From positions 1-28,655 of the forward strand of contig JAWSUI010000047.1 of assembly GCA_033551855.1 (NCBI GenBank): a stretch of DNA of 28,655 nt, read 5' to 3'. This document shows positions 27,330 through 28,655 of the stretch, piece after piece. The translations under genes and the position numbers were made by a program. The notes under the pieces are model-generated. The model worked only from the letters and a program-made list of their open reading frames with translations, searched no databases and had not been told where the DNA came from. The stretch is from Deferrisomatales bacterium. GTDB taxonomy: Bacteria > Desulfobacterota > Deferrisomatia > Deferrisomatales > JACRMM01. Numbering within the stretch: position 1 is the first letter of the stretch; each line of letters begins with the position of its first letter.

Positions 27330-28466
27330 TCAGGCATACCGAAGCGCCGCCCCCACCCCCCCTTCCCCCAGGAGCCCGCCGTGGCCGTTCACGGCCACCA
27401 CCTTGCCGTCGGCGGCCAGGGTCCCGCGGATGAGCTCCTCCGCGAGGTCCACGCCCTCCACGGCCTTGCCGCACCCGGGGCAGCCCAGGGGCACCTTCAC
27501 GCCCAGCCCGCCGCAGGAGAAGCACTTCCAGCCCAATTCCCGGAAGGCCCGGGCCAGGTACAGCACGTGGACCCGCCCCGCGGCCACCGCCTCGGCGACC
27601 GGCTCCGGGCCCGCCACCCCTCGCCCCGTGCCCCGGACCTTGTTGAGCAGGTTGTCCACCGCCTCCGCGTCCTCGCGCTCCCGCCCCGCCTGCAGGGCGG
27701 CGAGCACCTCCGCCTGGACCACGTCGGGCGCCGCCGAGGGCTCCAGGCGCAGGCGGGCCCACACGGCTCCCTCCAGGCGCTTTGGAAGGAGGGCTTCGAA
27801 GGCGGCCAGTAGCTGGTCCGGGCCCGAGAGGAGCACCGGGGCCCCCCTGCGCTCGTCGGCCCACTTGATCAGGTGCTCGGCCAGCCTCTTGAGGTTTCGG
27901 TTCAGGTGCTCCTCCACGTGCCGCTGGTAGCGGGCCTGGCTCCACCCCCCCTGCTCGTGGCGGCCGGGGAACTCCTCGTCCACGAACGAGAGCTCCCGGG
28001 TCACCCCCCCCATCTCGAAAACCATCAGTCGCCCCGCATCCCCGTTGACCAGGGCCAGCAGCGCCGGCTCGGCCTCGTGGGCCTTCTCGGCCACCGCCCG
28101 CAGGACGGGCCGGTCGGAGCAGGTGAAGGACTGGTCGAAGGGCAGGCGGCTGCGCAGCACGCGGTACTCCCCCAGGCCCGAGCAGGCGAACACCGCCACG
28201 CCGCCGAAGGTCTCGTCCCACTCCCGGTTCACGACGCCGCGCACGTAGTGCTCCAGCCGCTCCGCATCCTCCTCGAGCCCCTGCCGGGCCTCGCTCGGGA
28301 GCGCCGCGGCCTCGGCCAGGCACTCCTTGAGCTTCGTCTTCACGAAGATGCGCACCCGCTCCCGCTGCTTCTCGCTGTCCCACCGGGTGTTGAGGTAAAG
28401 GCTCAGGAAGGGGGCGTTGCTTCGGGGCAGCCGTGCCAGGTGGCGGAGCTCGTCGTGCAGGGCCAT
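27330..28466 (-). CDS. Bacterial archaeo-eukaryotic release factor 1-like (baeRF1 / Vms1-like) protein with Zn-ribbon insertion
   Basis: AAGGAGG RBS; FLSLYLN, GVAVFAC, catalytic loop PGRHEQGGWSQARYQRH, CFSCG...CPGCG, C-terminal GGVGAALRY. Confidence 0.85.
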   Translation of the reverse strand: MALHDELRHLARLPRSNAPFLSLYLNTRWDSEKQRERVRIFVKTKLKECLAEAAALPSEARQGLEEDAERLEHYVRGVVNREWDETFGGVAVFACSGLGEYRVLRSRLPFDQSFTCSDRPVLRAVAEKAHEAEPALLALVNGDAGRLMVFEMGGVTRELSFVDEEFPGRHEQGGWSQARYQRHVEEHLNRNLKRLAEHLIKWADERRGAPVLLSGPDQLLAAFEALLPKRLEGAVWARLRLEPSAAPDVVQAEVLAALQAGREREDAEAVDNLLNKVRGTGRGVAGPEPVAEAVAAGRVHVLYLARAFRELGWKCFSCGGLGVKVPLGCPGCGKAVEGVDLAEELIRGTLAADGKVVAVNGHGGLLGEGGVGAALRYA

Positions 28467-28512
28467 CGCATCCTCCTTGTGGGGGACCTCGGGTCTCACC
28501 GCCGCAAACCCA

Positions 28513-28540
28513 AGCCTAGGACGCCCCTCGGGCCTGTCAA
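28513..28540 (-). promoter_or_regulatory. Putative sigma70 promoter of the baeRF1-like gene
   Basis: Minus strand TTGACA, 16-bp spacer, TAGGCT. Confidence 0.5.
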
Positions 28541-28655
28541 GCGCCCTCCGCCCCCCGTCCCCTCTTCGGCTCGGGAGCAAGCACCCGGGGGAAATGCGCA
28601 ATTTCACTTACGTTATATAAGAAGTCAGCTGACACAGAAAGAAGGTTAGGGGAAT

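Overview
Very GC-rich bacterial chromosomal segment (roughly 70-75% GC by eye; the gene content suggests a deltaproteobacterial-type organism, which is inference). The left 13 kb is one minus-strand, largely translationally coupled run: ecfT, truA, a DUF4175-like protein, a TPR/zinc metallopeptidase, a MoxR AAA ATPase, DUF58, a BatA/vWA protein, a Tat-signal DUF4159 protein and a vWA/GATase-like membrane protein that runs off the left edge. Next are an MNT antitoxin with a frameshifted HEPN/DUF86 toxin, a small GIY-YIG nuclease bracketed by palindromic repeats, a nitroreductase, an NTP-transferase and RNase HI. The right half has a TPR protein, a glycine-zipper lipoprotein, a cupin, thiG-thiH-thiS-ubiE/menG, a sigma-54 response regulator, ihfB, tRNA-Arg(CCT), a PHP phosphoesterase and a bacterial aeRF1-like release factor homolog. 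The most unusual signal is non-coding. The spacers hold several distinct palindromic repeat families: a tandem array of long hairpin units, nested repeat insertions, inverted ~110-bp repeats around the cupin, and a 233-bp MITE. The MITE has 23-bp TIRs, an 8-bp TSD and NrdR-box-like motifs at both ends, and lies between a promoter and its gene.
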